Shown here: positions 36,601 to 50,700 of the stretch, piece by piece | Layout of the letters: each line of letters starts with the position of its first letter | Position numbering within the stretch: the stretch's first letter is position 1 | Assembly: GCA_965202585.1 (NCBI GenBank) | Contig: OZ241833.1 | Coordinates: 23,002,001-23,066,000 of the forward strand | Direction of reading: 5' to 3' | Origin: Thalia democratica | Lineage: Eukaryota | DNA length: 64,000 bases | Program-made: the position numbers and the translations under genes | Notes under the pieces: model-generated | What the model saw: the letters and a program-made list of their open reading frames with translations, nothing else | What the model was told of the DNA's origin: nothing | Database searches by the model: none

Positions 36601-37577
36601 ACACGATGATACTCTAAGATGATAAGTATTTTTTTATTGTGTGACACACTAAGTCACAACCTGTGTAGCTAGTATACTTACAGTAGTTAAATCAGTATTA
36701 TACTTATACACTTTTGAGTACTCTTTGAATCAGTACAAAAGTTGTGCTGTTTATTATTAAGTTAAAGTATTTGAAAAGAAAACGTCAAATAAGCTCAAAA
36801 TTAAACAAATAATAAATTTATCGAGTACTTTTAGTATAAAAACTGCTTTATAACTTAACAGGGTTAATAAACTAGTTACTTATGTTCACCAACCACTTAA
36901 AGGTATTAAATAAATATTGTTTTTGATACATAAAAAATAGAAAACGTCTGTTTTTTTACATTGTATATACTAAAAAAAGCTATTTAAAAGTTTGAAATAT
37001 AAAATAAGTCTTTAGAACTGATAACAAATATCTCAACTGTTCTTTGGTATTTAAGTCTTTTTGATGTCTTAAAAATTGAGAGCCTTGCATTTAGCCTGTA
37101 TAAAGTCTTTTGTATCTCTAAAAGTAAAACCGTAGTTACAATAAATGAACATGGTACAAAACAAAAACTTTCTTTAACACAGCAAATTAGTTTATCAATT
37201 ACACATTAAAACTTTTCAATTTCATCCTAGAAATTATTTAGTCTACTTGACTATTTTTCTATATTTTATTTTGAAATGCTTAGAATAGATTATGTTAATG
37301 TATATTGTATAAAACATTTTATGTTAATATATTTTACTAGTTCTGTAAAAGTTTTTGTCTTGTCTTCAAAGATGTGTAAATGTAACAATTATTTACAATG
37401 TTTTATGTTATAAGACAGGGGTCGGAGGGCATTTAGTGGTTGCAGGTCAAATTTCAAAAACAATAAAACCCACAGTTTTGACTTTAGGTTTTACTTTTCA
37501 TAGCAATCCCAAAATATGTAGTTTAAATGTCGAAAAAATATGTTTACTCATGACCTTTTTTTGCTTTTTATCTAGTT

Positions 37578-37877
37578 CAGTGGTCTTCCACCTTTTCAAA
37601 AGTAGTACACACTAAATTACTTCAAAATAAATTCTGTGCCCACTTGACTATAAAAAACATGTAATTATCATTAAAAATATAATCTTTAATGTTTTGAGTG
37701 CCTTAATGTATAAATAACGGTTTAAGTAAGTTTATGTTATAATTAGCTTTTTCCCATATCAAGTAACAAAATAATTGTCATTTAGAAAATAATTTATCAC
37801 CCTACTAAATTTTCTGTGTACAGTAAATAACTTCTATGCACATTGTTGTGCACATGTGCACACTTTTAAGACCACTG
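37578..37877. mobile_element. hAT (Charlie/Buster-like) MITE, 300 bp
   Basis: TIR CAGTGGTCTT / AAGACCACTG; flanks atctagtt and atctagtg (7/8 TSD match, TCTAG-centred target typical of Charlie-type hATs). Confidence 0.75.
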
Positions 37878-37996
37878 ATCTAGTGTAAGTTTCGAAAGAT
37901 TTTTTTAGCGGATCGAAAAAAATAATTTTAAACACATTTAAATTATTTCCACTCTTTTTTTTATTCCAGTGTATTAAACAAAATCACACAATTACG

Positions 37997-39154
37997 AGTG
38001 ATGTATCGGACTCATTATCTGGGTCCGCATCCGGCCGGATATTGCCATTTTTGCCTGATAACCGGATCCGGCCGGATCTTGATATGAAAAAAAATCCGGA
38101 TCCGGCCGATTCGGATCTAGTTAGTGAAAAAGAGCATACAAATAAGTTTTTTTTTCAAAAAAAAATCCTGTGTAAATTAAAAAGAGTCATTTTCGTCAGT
38201 TAAAATTAAACACCTACCGTGATTGACTCATTTTGTACATGTGACTAATTTACATTTGTTTACATTTAAACTATGAAATAAACATTTCAGAAATTCAACT
38301 CTTTACATATGTTGTAAAATTATAAACTTTTCTACCAAATTGTCAACCTTATGGCTAGCTGTTCTACTGACTATTAGATTTAAGTAATTTTTTCAGTTTT
38401 AGAAACCTCATTCTGACTCAGGCTAGTTTATACTCACTCTAGCTAATTTTTTTTGACTTAAACAGTGGTAATTCTGCTAGTTTGAAATTTTTTGGGAACT
38501 TTTGAAAATCTTAGGCTGCCTCAGGCTAGTTTAGTTTTTTATAAAAACTCAGGCTAGTTATAAGATTTTTTGAAAAACTCAGTCTAGTTTTTTTTTAGAT
38601 TTTAAATGAGTTTAAGCTGATCCAGTTTTCAATATTTTGTGATTTTCTAGTTAATTTTGTTCAAGAACTTGATTTCAGATTGTTAATTGTAAATATTATC
38701 TAAAATAAACAATCCCTTGGGCTAGCTGTTCTACTTATTATTAGATTAAAGTTTTTTTAGTTTTTAAAAACCTCATTCTGACTCAGGCTAGTTTATACTT
38801 ACTTTACAGGGTTCCCATATCCCTAGATTTCTCTAGATAACCCTAAATTTTTGCAATTATCTTCAAAAAAAAAAAAACCTAAATATCCCTAAATAAAATT
38901 GAAAAAATCATTAATTTCTCTAGATTTCTCTAGATTTTACTTTTTTTTAGTGCTGGACCAATTTTTATGATTTATATATAATATAACATAATTGACATAA
39001 TATGACTCACTATCCGGATTCGGCCGGATATTGCCATTTATGTCTGATATCCGGATCCGGCCGAATCCTAATTTGAAAAAAAAATCCGGATCTAGTTCTG
39101 GCCGGATTCTAATTTGAAAAAAAATTCCCGAAATTGTGGGTCCGGTACATCACT
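37997..39154. mobile_element. hAT-like element with TCCGGATCCGGCCG subterminal repeats and nested repeat fragments
   Basis: Ends AGTGATGTATCGGA and TCCGGTACATCACT are inverted (13/14); CCGGAT-rich blocks at 38010-38120 and 39005-39145; internal direct repeats 38353-38438 / 38720-38803; CAGGGTTCCCA terminus-like fragment at 38807; TSD only 5/8. Confidence 0.6.
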
Positions 39155-41124
39155 TACAACTTTGTTTAGATTAAAAGATTCATAGTGTGATCTAAAATAG
39201 AGGTCTGTATTGCTAGTGTACATAGATTTTATTGATTACTGACTTCATAAGATTTTTTTAGTTGGTTGTTATGTGTATCAATAAACTTATGTTGTAAAAA
39301 GTACAGTTAGTTCTCCAAGTAGCTCTGATCAACACCATTCAACCCAAATATGATAAAACACTAAAAACTTGTTTTGAATAGTTTTTACTTATGTACTATT
39401 GTGTTTTTAAAAAAATTCTCATTTTATTAGATAGCAAGACAATTTTCTAACTTTAATTTCAAACAGTAAACGAGTCTTAAATTTTCAATTAGAGCTTCTA
39501 AAATTTAAAAACAAAGTTATAATTATAAGATAAAGCGTAGTTTTTTTTTTAATTTGATTAATGTAATTATCTATTTTTTAGGTTTACAACATCTCTGATT
39601 TTTTTTAGATTCATTTAAGTAATTTTTAGTAAAGATTAGTATGTATAAATACTTTTTGTTAAAGGGGGTTAATTTTTAAAGACCAAGACAGTTTTACAGA
39701 TTTTTTCAATTAAAAACTATGATTTTAGAATTTTAGTGAAAATTCGACATGCAAAACAAACATTCAAAAAATTGTTTATTTGAATAAATAAATAAAGTCT
39801 CGTAAGTTATATCTACACAAATTTAAAACTCTAAATGTTTAATTTAAGACTAAAAGTGTAAAATTAGAATTGGAAAAAAAATAGTTTTAGGGATAACAAC
39901 TTCTACTTATTTAATGGTCTGACTGATTACAATTACGTGCTGATCAAACAAGAGTAATGTTTGGCTATAAATTCAGGCAATGAGTCAAATTTTAAAAGGA
40001 AGCTTTTGATATCAGCTTGCGATAGTAACTGGTCAAACAATTACTATGATATCATGTTAATGATGATTTATTAAACAGTTCTGACTTTTTTAAGTTGGTT
40101 ATATTCATAGTGGTATCTAAAAAAAAGTTTTTGTCTTGGCGTTAAAAAGTGTATTAAGTACAATAAACTCAAAAAGTTCGGAATTTGTATTTCAAACAAT
40201 GCAAACAAAACAACATAAAAAAATGTTTAATAGTTTTTTTAGTATAGAAGTTAGAAGTTATAACAGTAAAATTTAGGCAGACATAAAAAGTTTAAACTCA
40301 AGTTATTGTCAATGAAGTGTATTAGGCACTATAAATGATTAAAAAATTGACAACTTAAGCATTTTTAAACAAGCGGCTGAAAATTTGAAGATGAATCTAA
40401 CTTTTATTAGTTATTAAAGAAAATTTTTGTCAGAGTTAAAGTAAAAGTTGTTTAGTTGTTCAAAACAGGTTACTCACTGTTTTATATTATCAGTGTTAAT
40501 TTAAACCTGTTACTCGAAATTTAAATAAGATAAAAGCAATGTAATAAATATTAATTAAAAAAAGTTGTGGTAAGTAAGCATTTTGTCAGGAATTTAAACT
40601 TTTGTGTTTTGAAAGTAATTGATTTAAACAAAAGTATCGGAAAGCTATAAAATAAAAGTTTAAGACAACAAATTTTAAAAAGCAAACTAAAAAGGTATTA
40701 TCATAGTTTGATCAAAAAATCATCAAATATTAAACTAAGCACAAACGTTAGTATATCGTACTAAAATGTCTAAAAATATTTAATAACGGCACAATTTTAT
40801 ATTTACATCTTATATCTTCATTTTACATGAAGTACCCTAAAAAACAAACAGAAATCTTAAAAAAGCCCGTCCAGCGTGCAAAGATAAAAATTATTAAAAA
40901 AAAAACTTAATAGCTATACATTTGCAGAATAAAAAAGGTGCAACAGTTGTTGAGAAAAAATTAAAGACAAAAACTTTCCAAAAATTTCCGAAAAGATTAC
41001 AAGCTTGGCTTTTTGCAACAAGAGCTTTCAAACAGTCTTCTTCTACAAAACAGAAAACTCCCGCCATTTGAAAGAAACTTCACTGCCGCTCTCGACACGC
41101 TCTCACTCACTTTAAGATTCAACT

Positions 41125-41787
41125 TCACACGATTCCGCTGTCGCCGCTCAGCAGCGGGCTGTTCTGCATCACGACAATGGAGGAGTGTTCGTTGCGGGGC
41201 GAGTTGCGGAACGACCTCGGAGACTGCCTCGGCGAGTTCTGGTAGTGGACCGCCCTTTGCACATGGCTCGGAGGCTGGAAGCTCTGCTGGGGTTCGTCGT
41301 TGAAGGTGGGCGAGCAGCTTGCCTGTATTCTCGACCTGTGCCGCTGCAAAGTCGTCATTCCGGCTTCGAGCCGGCGCCTGTGCTCCGCTGTCACGATGCC
41401 GAGGCGTTCCAGATCGCTGAAAATTTAAATATTTCAGAGCAATGCAAGTTTTTAACATCAAGTTTTTAGATTTTAAATTTATAAATGCGCCTAAGTCTAT
41501 ATCTATGTAAAGCGTAAAAGTGCTGTACAAATAAATTTTTAACAAAAAAATTATTTTTAATCTCAAAAAAAAGTAATTTCATACAAAACTAAAGTTACCT
41601 GGCAGTTATTTCAGCGAGTTTGTCGATTCGGTTGAGCTGTTCCTGAGGCTGAGCGTTGGTGTTCTCAACTTTTTCCACCATGTCCAACCACTCTTCCAAT
41701 GAAGTGGCCTCGTTCGCACTCATGTGACTGTACTTGTTCTCTTCTTCGTATGAACGATCGTTTTTACTGCTTGCCAGCAAATGCTGC
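41125..41787 (-). CDS. EPH: Eph exons 20-21: divergent SAM domain and long tail ending in a PDZ-binding-like motif
   Basis: SLEEWLDMV...[24 protein letters not shown]; tail ends SGDSGIV*. Confidence 0.85.
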
Positions 41788-44700
41788 CTGTTTTTTATAA
41801 AAAACTTTTACACTGAGGTTTGCATGTAATTTGTTTTAAATTTAAAACGCATAATAAAAGAATTATAACTGAGCTAAAAAGTTTCATTGAAGCAAAATGA
41901 GTATGCTATGTTATTTTTTTCTCTTTAAAATGTTTAAAGCTGAAAAACTTACAAAGAACTCGATGATGAATCCTCAGATGGTTCGAACAAAGTCGGTTTT
42001 ATCGGCGTAGGAAGCCTTTCGTTTACTCGGGTCAACGTGGTCTTTGCAATTTTCGCTTCCCTCATCAGCGAGTTGTTTTTGAGGAAGCCGCCGAGTATTT
42101 TGCAAATTGTGCTGAAGTCAGGTCTTTTGGACGGGTCGGCGCTCCAGCAGCTTTTCATCAGTTCGTGCAAAACTTGAGGACAACCCTAATAAAGTATTTC
42201 GTTATAAGGTACTTTAGATTTTTTCTAACCTGATTATTATGATTTTTTGAAACTTTTGCAACAGTTAGTTCCACGTAAAATTTTAATGTTATAGAAAAAA
42301 TATGTTTCTTATAAAAATCTTATCACATTTTGAATTTTGCCTAACGTTTTACATTAAAACTTTCATCAAGATTTACTCACTTGTGGACAGGGAAGCCGCT
42401 GACCGCCGACGATGTTCCTCTGCACCGCCTCGTTGTCCATGTCCCAGTAGGGCTTCTCCCCGTACGACGTGATCTCCCACGTCACAATGCCGAAGCTCCA
42501 CACGTCGCTCGCCGTCGTGAAAGTCCTGTCGATGATGCACTCCGGCGCGGTCCAACGCACTGCAATCTTACCTCCCTAAATAGGTAAAACATATACGTTA
42601 TAAAAAAAATATTATTTTTGTATTTGTTTTTTTTTTCATTCAGTAAAAAACTGTTTTTTAAGTTTTTTTTTACTTACTTGCGTCGTGTAGGTGGCGTTGG
42701 GGTCGTTGTCGATGGTGCGGCTCAACCCGAAGTCCGATACCTTGCAGACCATGTTTTGGTCGACCAGAATGTTCCTCGCAGCCAGATCGCGGTGGATGTA
42801 GCTCATGTTGGCCAGGTACTTCATCCCGCACGCAATCCCGTGCATCATTTTTAGCATAACCGACATCTCGAGTTGATTTTTGTTATTCTGTTATTAATAA
42901 AAAAGTTACCTAGATTCATAAAAGGTTCTAATTTACAAGTTAAAAAATTTGCTTACTCTCAGGTATTTATCAAGAGACCCATTCTTCATAAACTCACTGA
43001 TTATCATCGCTGGTTGCTCTGAAATTATAAAATGTTTTAAACAACTAGATCAAGTGTTTTTTAATTGGTTAAAACACAAAAACCAACGTTTAGTAACAAC
43101 TCCTTTCAACTGTACTATGTTCGGATGATCGAACTGAGCCATGGTGCAAGCTTCTCGCAGAAAGTTTGAGTGATCAACAATCGTTGCATCTTTCTTCAAA
43201 CGCTTGATAGCGACATCCAGAGGACGCTTTTTCTTTCTACTCAAGGTGCCTTTCCACACTTCACCGAATTCACCTTTGAATATTGTGGTTGTTGAGTATT
43301 TTGAATTGTACTACAGTTCATAAATAATATTAAACTATTTTATGTATGCTTGTATGCAAAGGTTGTTTAAATTTTAACACTATTAAAAGTACCTTGTCCG
43401 ATTATTCTTTCCATTTTTATCAACTTTCTATCTATCTCATTAGCAATTTCTTGAATGCCCTTGTGTGGATCTCGGTAGTCTACATATGTAATTGTTGACA
43501 GGTTACGTGACCCTAAAGTATTTATTAAAATAAAATAATTGAATTACGCCTCAAAAACAAACAACAAATATAAAACATACTTGGAGTTCTCAACGGCTTT
43601 TGTTCGGCAAAGCCGCTGTTCACTTTTTTGCGCGTCTGTCTTTTGTTGCTGCTGCGTTTTCGGTACAAAACGAAGATAATTACACCTGCCAGCACGGCGA
43701 CAACAACGACTACGGCCAGTATAAGCCCGATGCTTCCGTTGCTTTGCTCTTCTTCTGAAATTATAAGAATGTTGTTAGACTTTTACACTATACTTATAGC
43801 TTAACTCTTTGTGTTCAAACAACCTGGTAGGGTGGAAAATGTTTTCCAGTCGCTGTAAATTCCCCTCCCAATTGCACTTCTGGCTCGCATTCTCACTCGG
43901 TATCTTGTTTCAGGTTCCAGACCGTATATAGTGCTGTGGTTCTTTTCGATCTGTTTGGTAAAAGGTTAATAATTTTAAAATTGTTTTTTTTTTTAATTGT
44001 TTATTTACATCTGTAAGTTGATTTTATGTGTTAAACAATCTGTTGACTTATTTTTTCTTCCAAGTACAGTTATAAAAACTCACTTTAAAGAAGAGCGCTG
44101 GTTTTGACGTGCTGCCGTCTTCAGCTACCGCGGTCAGCTCAGCCTCGTAGTCGATGACAACTGAGTTGTGGTGCTCCGGAGCCAACCAGGTCAAGTTGAA
44201 GCTCCTGGCCTTGATGTCTGAACTTTTGACGTCTCGTACAGCGGAAGGAACTGATAAAGAACATATTTTACATTGTGGTGTTATTTCAAGGCAGTTAAAA
44301 TTATAAATGACACTAACATTTTTCTTCAAGTTTGAATATTAAAGTTGTACATATTTGTTATAAAAATATAAATTTAACTTAATATAGAAGTTACAAGCAT
44401 TATATTTATTTTATATGCAACGCTGCATATCTGCAGCTTAATAAGTTCAACTGAACTTTGTATCGTCCTTAGTTTTTCTAGTTGTGCTTGTTTTCTGGTT
44501 ACAAAGATAAACATTAACAGTCGTATTTACTAACTACGCTGATTCAGCATTATGTGTAATAAAGTTTTGCATAGATAAGCAATTGTAAGACAAAGTCATA
44601 ATGTATTTTTCAAGTCGTTTTAGAAAAAAAAAAATTTTATTTACTACTGTTTAGTTTTTTAATTTAGTAGTTATTTAAACTGCTGTACCTTATGTTTTTT

Positions 44701-47700
44701 ATAGGTTTTCAAATGTTTTTTTAAGTTGCGATCAACAAACCTGTTTCACTAGTTGCTACTTTCAAATAATAATGTTTGGGAGTTTCGTCCGAAATTGCAG
44801 AAACGCCATTGTATGAAGATATCTGTTTGTTGTTTCACTATTTATAATTTTCTTACCACAAAAAAATAAAAAACTTTAAAAAAAAATAATTAAAAACCAA
44901 TCGAATAAACGAAAATCCATTTAGTTTTTAAACATTTTAGAAATTTGTAAAAGATCTTCAAACTATATTAACAAGCTCACTTTAATTTTGTAATGCGAAA
45001 ACTGGTCTAGTCCACTTATCAGAATATTCGTAGCCTCAAACTTCTTATTGTTGCTCGGATAAAACTGAATGTCTGCTGGGCACGATTTCTCGCAACTTTC
45101 ATAAGTTTCATCGTCGCAAATGTTGCAGTCCGCACTGTAATCAAAAAATGTTACTCAAACTTCAATTACTGTCTTTTGTTTAAATTTTCCTATTAAAAAT
45201 TATAAAAGTTGTTTAATCACTGGATCTTCATATTTAAACCCTAACATTTATAATTCTTTCTAGTTTTAAATTAGTGATAAAGGTTATATCTTTAATAATC
45301 TTTTTGTTTGTTTTTTATCATATTTATTAAGTTTGATGCTTTTTAGTAGTTAACCTGTAAAACAAATCTTTCCGGCCTCCATTGTCTTTCGGTTTCTGCC
45401 AGTTGATGTGAAGACCATTCTTGTCTAAAGTGTATTCGACGGCATGCGGTTCTGATGGTATTCCTAATAAAATTGAAAAAATTATTAAAAAAATTACAGC
45501 AAGACTTTGTAATAGTTATTCTCAGTTTGTCTATTTTTATCATACTTTCAATTCTGCCACTGTTTTCTTATTTAAAGTTTTTCATTTGAAAACTCATAAA
45601 CCCTATCAGCTTACTTCAGTTAATAGGTGAATGTTTATAATGATACATTTTACAACATACTGCTGCAGTTTTTAATTATCAAGGTATTAAAAATTATTTG
45701 AGCTTTATGAAGGATCACTGAAAGTTCATTGATTGAAAGTTAGCAACAACTTACTTGTGCAAGGCTGGTGAGCATCTTCATCTATTGACCTGAAGTACCC
45801 GTTGTCACAGGTGCATGTTGAGGTGCCGGTCTTGAAAGTGTGGCTGTTGGCCGGGCAGTCCCTGCAAGTGCCGTTGCCGGTCGCCCATTTGTACTTGTGA
45901 GGCGCTGGACAAGCTGTCATTAAATTCAGTTTGTTATATAAAAGTAGTTTTTTAAAAGCAAAGTCAAAAAAATATTTTAATCAAAAACTTAATCATGTGA
46001 AATACGTCAAAGCTATGTTTCGAAACCTTTTCGCATTCATCTTTTTTTAATATAAACACAGTTTAAACAAAAACTTTAGAGAAATTAGTTTCCCTGTCAT
46101 TCTTCTCAAAAATACATTAAATTCACCTTTGAGTGTGAAACTTCAATTGGCTCATGGTACATTAAGCAGTAATTTAAATTTAAAAGCATCAGCAAGTGCT
46201 TCTATTTCACATCAGTCATTTGAAAAAAAAAATTGACTGCCCCTTTCAGGCTTGAAAGGGTTTTGTTACACCGACGACGTATTCGGTTACTGCAGTACGC
46301 TGCATAATCACTTATTTTTAGCAAAAAAAAAGATGATTAGCCACGCAAACAACGGCGCGCATGCTTGTATTCTGCGGCCTAAAGTTGTTTGCGATACAGC
46401 CCTGTGATTGACGGTGCAACAGTTTATACTGCAGTAAACTGTTGCAGTGAAAGTTAATTTATGTCTAAAACGATGTTTACAGTGGTGTGATTTATTTGAC
46501 GTGAACTTTAGTCTGCATTTTTTAAGTATATGCTTTATCAGTTTTCGATAATGCACTGTTCTCTATGTATCAAACTGATTAGGTCTACTTTTAAATAGTA
46601 AAGCAAAATTTAAACTAACATAGTTACAAAGCTTTTAACAACAATAAAAAAACAATAATTCGCTCGAATTCATTCAGCGAACGAACACAACTTATTAGTA
46701 ATTTGCTTTTTTATTGAATTAGCCCTAATCAAAAGCGACAACGGCACGGCCTGAAACAACAAGAGGCCACTCCAGCCGCACTACAAAGTCAGCTAAATCA
46801 CATAAATAATGGCACAACAGAACACAAGTATGCCAGCAATTCGTTTCAAGTCTTGCTTTCGACATTTTTGTCACTTCGAAATTATTGATTTTGCGACTTT
46901 TTTCATCCAATGGTCAAAGTCAAAATCGGATGTGTGTTTAAGTGCAACAATGGAGTTTTGTGATAATGTTGTGTTTTTTGCCAACATCAAACTTTGGAAA
47001 ATTGTTTCAACCCCAAATAACAAAAAGTCGAACGTCACGAGAGTGTATGATATCATAATGCCGAGTTCACGCTTAATAAATTCAAAGAAAACGCGCACGC
47101 ATTTAGCTTTTGAACTATTTTTATCGATTCACACAATAAAAGAAAGTTTAAGGAGCGGATATGTTAGTTTCAATTAAGTTTTTTTTTTGGTTTTCAATCT
47201 GAACTATTCAACTTTTTGCGCGTTGTAATTATAAAAGTTAACCTTTTTATGACAAGCAAGTTCAAAGCTCTCTATGTTTTACTAAAGGTAAACTGTAAAA
47301 CATTTTGGTTAAAGTTTACTGCGAGGGCAGTAAACTTTTTAAAACCTAATTGCAAAAACATTACTATAATGCGTTATAATAATGTTTTTCATAACTATTT
47401 AGGTACATTAAAATCAGCGAAACTATTTCAAATAAAACTTCGTTCTCATGGTGCTTAACCTTCACTTAAAATTTCATTCGCAGTTTATCTTTGAACGCAT
47501 TAAACGACACTCAGATTTAAAAGCTACACTTTATCTCACCTCAAATTAGCGCCAGCAATCGCAACGCGAATGGTAATGACCGTCATCAGACGAAAACGCT
47601 CGAGATACGAAAACGCGCGATGCCTTTTCACATAAACACTGGCTGCAAATTAGAAGTTCTGCGAAAAGCCAGCGCAAAGCAGTGAGAAAATTATTTTTCC

Positions 47701-50700
47701 AGACACCGAAATGGCACTTTTGAGTTTTGCATCAATACATTAACGACGAAAAGTTGAAAGCAATTGGAGCCGACGCGCAATCGCAATTCGTTAGACCGTC
47801 GTCGCCAGCTATTGCGTCACAATGAAAAATATTACAATGGAGAGAAATGATTTTAGTGTTTACGCTTGGAGAATAACTATTTACCTGTGCAAGTTCCGCC
47901 TTCTGAATGGGCGAAGTAGCCTCGGTCGCAGACGCAGCCTCCGCTGAAAGCAGTCCATTCTCCATCGGCATTACAGTAATACCTCATATCTGTGTATTAA
48001 CAATATAGATGACACTGGTATAAATAAATGTGTTAACGTTCTAATTTTTTTTCAAAACTTTTGGTTTGTTATAAGCTTTTTTTCTTCAATAGTATACATT
48101 TATATGAACTTACTGTCAATTGTATTAAAACATTTTTAAAATTTTTTTGTAAATTTTTGTTTATGGTAAGATGTATTTTTTATTTATTGATTTTTTTTGA
48201 AATCAATCTGTTAATTTTCTTTTACCTCCTCTCGTGTTTATAGCGTTGTCAACACACGTCCCCTTCACTTCTACCAACGACGAAATTTTCGACCCGGCCG
48301 ACGTCCTTTTGAAGACGGTCCGGTCCCTGACTGTCTCGGGGCAGTAGTTGTACTCCAGCTTCAGCCTCAGTATGGAGATGCAGGTCGGCCCCTTTGTTTG
48401 TATAGCGACGTACAGCCCTTTCCTGTTTCAAGTAAAAATAATTTTCGCGTGACTTGACGTGTGGTGATAAAATAACATTTGTATGAAAAACAGCTGTTTT
48501 GTTTCTTTGTGTGCGTGCGTTGGGCAATAAAAAACACGAACGGTTATTGCCTGTGTTTGTTGTGTATGGAGTTCGTAGCCTTGTAATTCACCGCAGAAAT
48601 TCCAAAGGTATGTATTTTATCGTGTTTACACGGTAAAACAATGTTCAAACAAACGTGACCTACGTTGTTTGCTACTGTAAAAAAATGAAGCAACAAACAT
48701 TTGGCTTATTAACAGTCAAGCCTTTTTTCTGAAGTTTTCCGTCTTTTTAAAAAGGGCTTTGCCGGTTTTATCAACTGTAAGCTCAGATCTTGCGTGAACA
48801 CAAATAGCTTTATCTATATTTGCTTTAATAAGTTTAAATCAGGTTTGGGAGTGAACTAAACTTCGGCTAAAGTTTAGGCAAGCTGTGATAAGAAAGAATG
48901 CTATTAAAAGGGGGAGTTCATATTAAGATTATAGTTTAAGTGACATGGCTAATCTAAAAAATTCAAAAGAGACGTTCGCGATAAAGAAATTTACGAAAGA
49001 ATAATCTTTATCTTGTTTACTCAGATAAGCGGCAAACGAGCTCGTTTTAAATCTCAGAATAATGTTTAAGGTAAATTAATTTTTGAAATTTGACAATGTA
49101 AAACGCTCACTAAAGGGATTTGTACTTCAGGGTTTTTAAGCACGTTAATGAGAAGCGTGCAGTGATTGCATAAACAAAAGCGGCAAGTAGAGCAGCGTCG
49201 TCTTTAGTAATTAAAACCCCATAAGCAAACAAAATTAACATTCATAAAAAAATTTCAAACCAGACTCTTTGATAGATAGCTGAAAAATTTCAGATTATCG
49301 AAAACAGATAATTTTCAATAAATACTAAAACTTTCTAAGTTTTGTTAATATCAGGAAAAATTTAATTTTTAGCTTTAACTAAAATATTTTTTTTTTATAA
49401 AATTACTACAAGTACTTTACAATCAATATGCAATAATTTGACAACTTTTTATATATAATATCAATTTTTATACACTTTTTGTTCAAACAACTCACTTTCC
49501 GTTCAAGCTGATCGAGTACACCTTGTTCTCCTGGTTGTTGGTGTTCCCGTGCTCCCCGTTGAAGTTCTCGTGGGCGGCCAGCGTGTCTATCTGCTGGTAC
49601 AGTCCCTCCCGCCACTGGGGGAAGTGGGGTGTTGCCTCGTCGTAGTCGGCGTGGTAGGTGTACAGGGTGAACGTCTCCTTGCAGTTGTCGCACCCCCATA
49701 TCGAGAAGTCGATTTCCAGGTGCAATCGGTTCGCAGACCTGTGAAGTATTTTGAGTTTGAATGCGGAGTGTTTTTTACAGTCTTAGTATAAACCTTTAGC
49801 AGAAATCAGAATAAAACTGCGTAGAAAAAACCGGTAATAACGCAATTTAATACTGAAAATTTATCCACTTACACTGTGTTTCATGCACGAAGCAATGATC
49901 ACAATTATAAGCATTAGAACTCTAACAGTATACAACTCTTTTTTTTTCAAACATTTTAAGTGTTAATTGTGTTATAATCAAATTAGTATAACAAAGTTAA
50001 GTACATTGCTGGTTTTAACACATTCTGAAATACTCGTGCCGCAATCTAGAGCACAATTAAGTTTCAACTGGTATGTTTTGCGTTTGTAACCACAACAGCG
50101 CGCAGCTGTTGGGATTATGACGTGAAAAAATCCTAATTTCCGGTATTCGTTCAACGCTCACATCAAACGTTCAATAACTCTGCAATCACAACATTTTCAC
50201 AGTCGTACCAACAATTAACTGTATAAACTGTGTGTGTGTGCCGCTCTATCTTAACTGACAAGTGCTAAAGCTAATTTGAGCGCTTTGTTTGTATCACCCA
50301 CTCGAAAGCGTTGTCAGGGCAACGTGGCTCAGGTTAGCGGGATTTGAAACACGTAAAGGGCTTTGGCCAAACTTTTGTCGAAAGTTAATTAACATGAAAG
50401 TGCACCGGTCACTTTGAGTGCTTTTAAGTTAAAAATTTTCTCCCTTGTAAGCCTCTACCAACCAGCCTATTTTCGTTGTAGCCATTGTTGAATGTTTAGT
50501 TTCCTTTCGCATTTCTTTTGTTGCGCGTTTTGTTTTTCCAACAGCACTTACGAAGTTGTCGTTCTTTTATTTGCAGCTTTTTCAATGATCGACTTGAAAG
50601 CCATCAGTACATTTTAATAAGGGCGCAGTGCTCGAAGAAAAGAAATAAAATACTTTCAGCCTTTGGACTTTGAGGAATTTCAGTTGGAACTTTTTTTAAT

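Noticed and set aside
40997-41566. 189-aa minus-strand ORF and plus-strand ORFs at the Eph 3' end
   Set aside because: Splice phase from exon 20 selects the frame ending GIV* at 41125; the others have non-ATG starts in intron sequence
46241-46260. Perfect 8-bp hairpin CCCTTTCA-GGCT-TGAAAGGG in Eph intron 6
   Set aside because: Single short stem with no additional context
46725-47177. ORFs in Eph intron 6, one with EWPLVVSGR faintly like the sushi motif
   Set aside because: The true sushi exon is 47989-47885; these ORFs lack the cysteines and usable splice sites
50317-50370. tRNA/SINE-like A-box (GTGGCTCAG) and T-loop-like GTTTCAAATCCC
   Set aside because: The two motifs are on opposite strands and no cloverleaf forms
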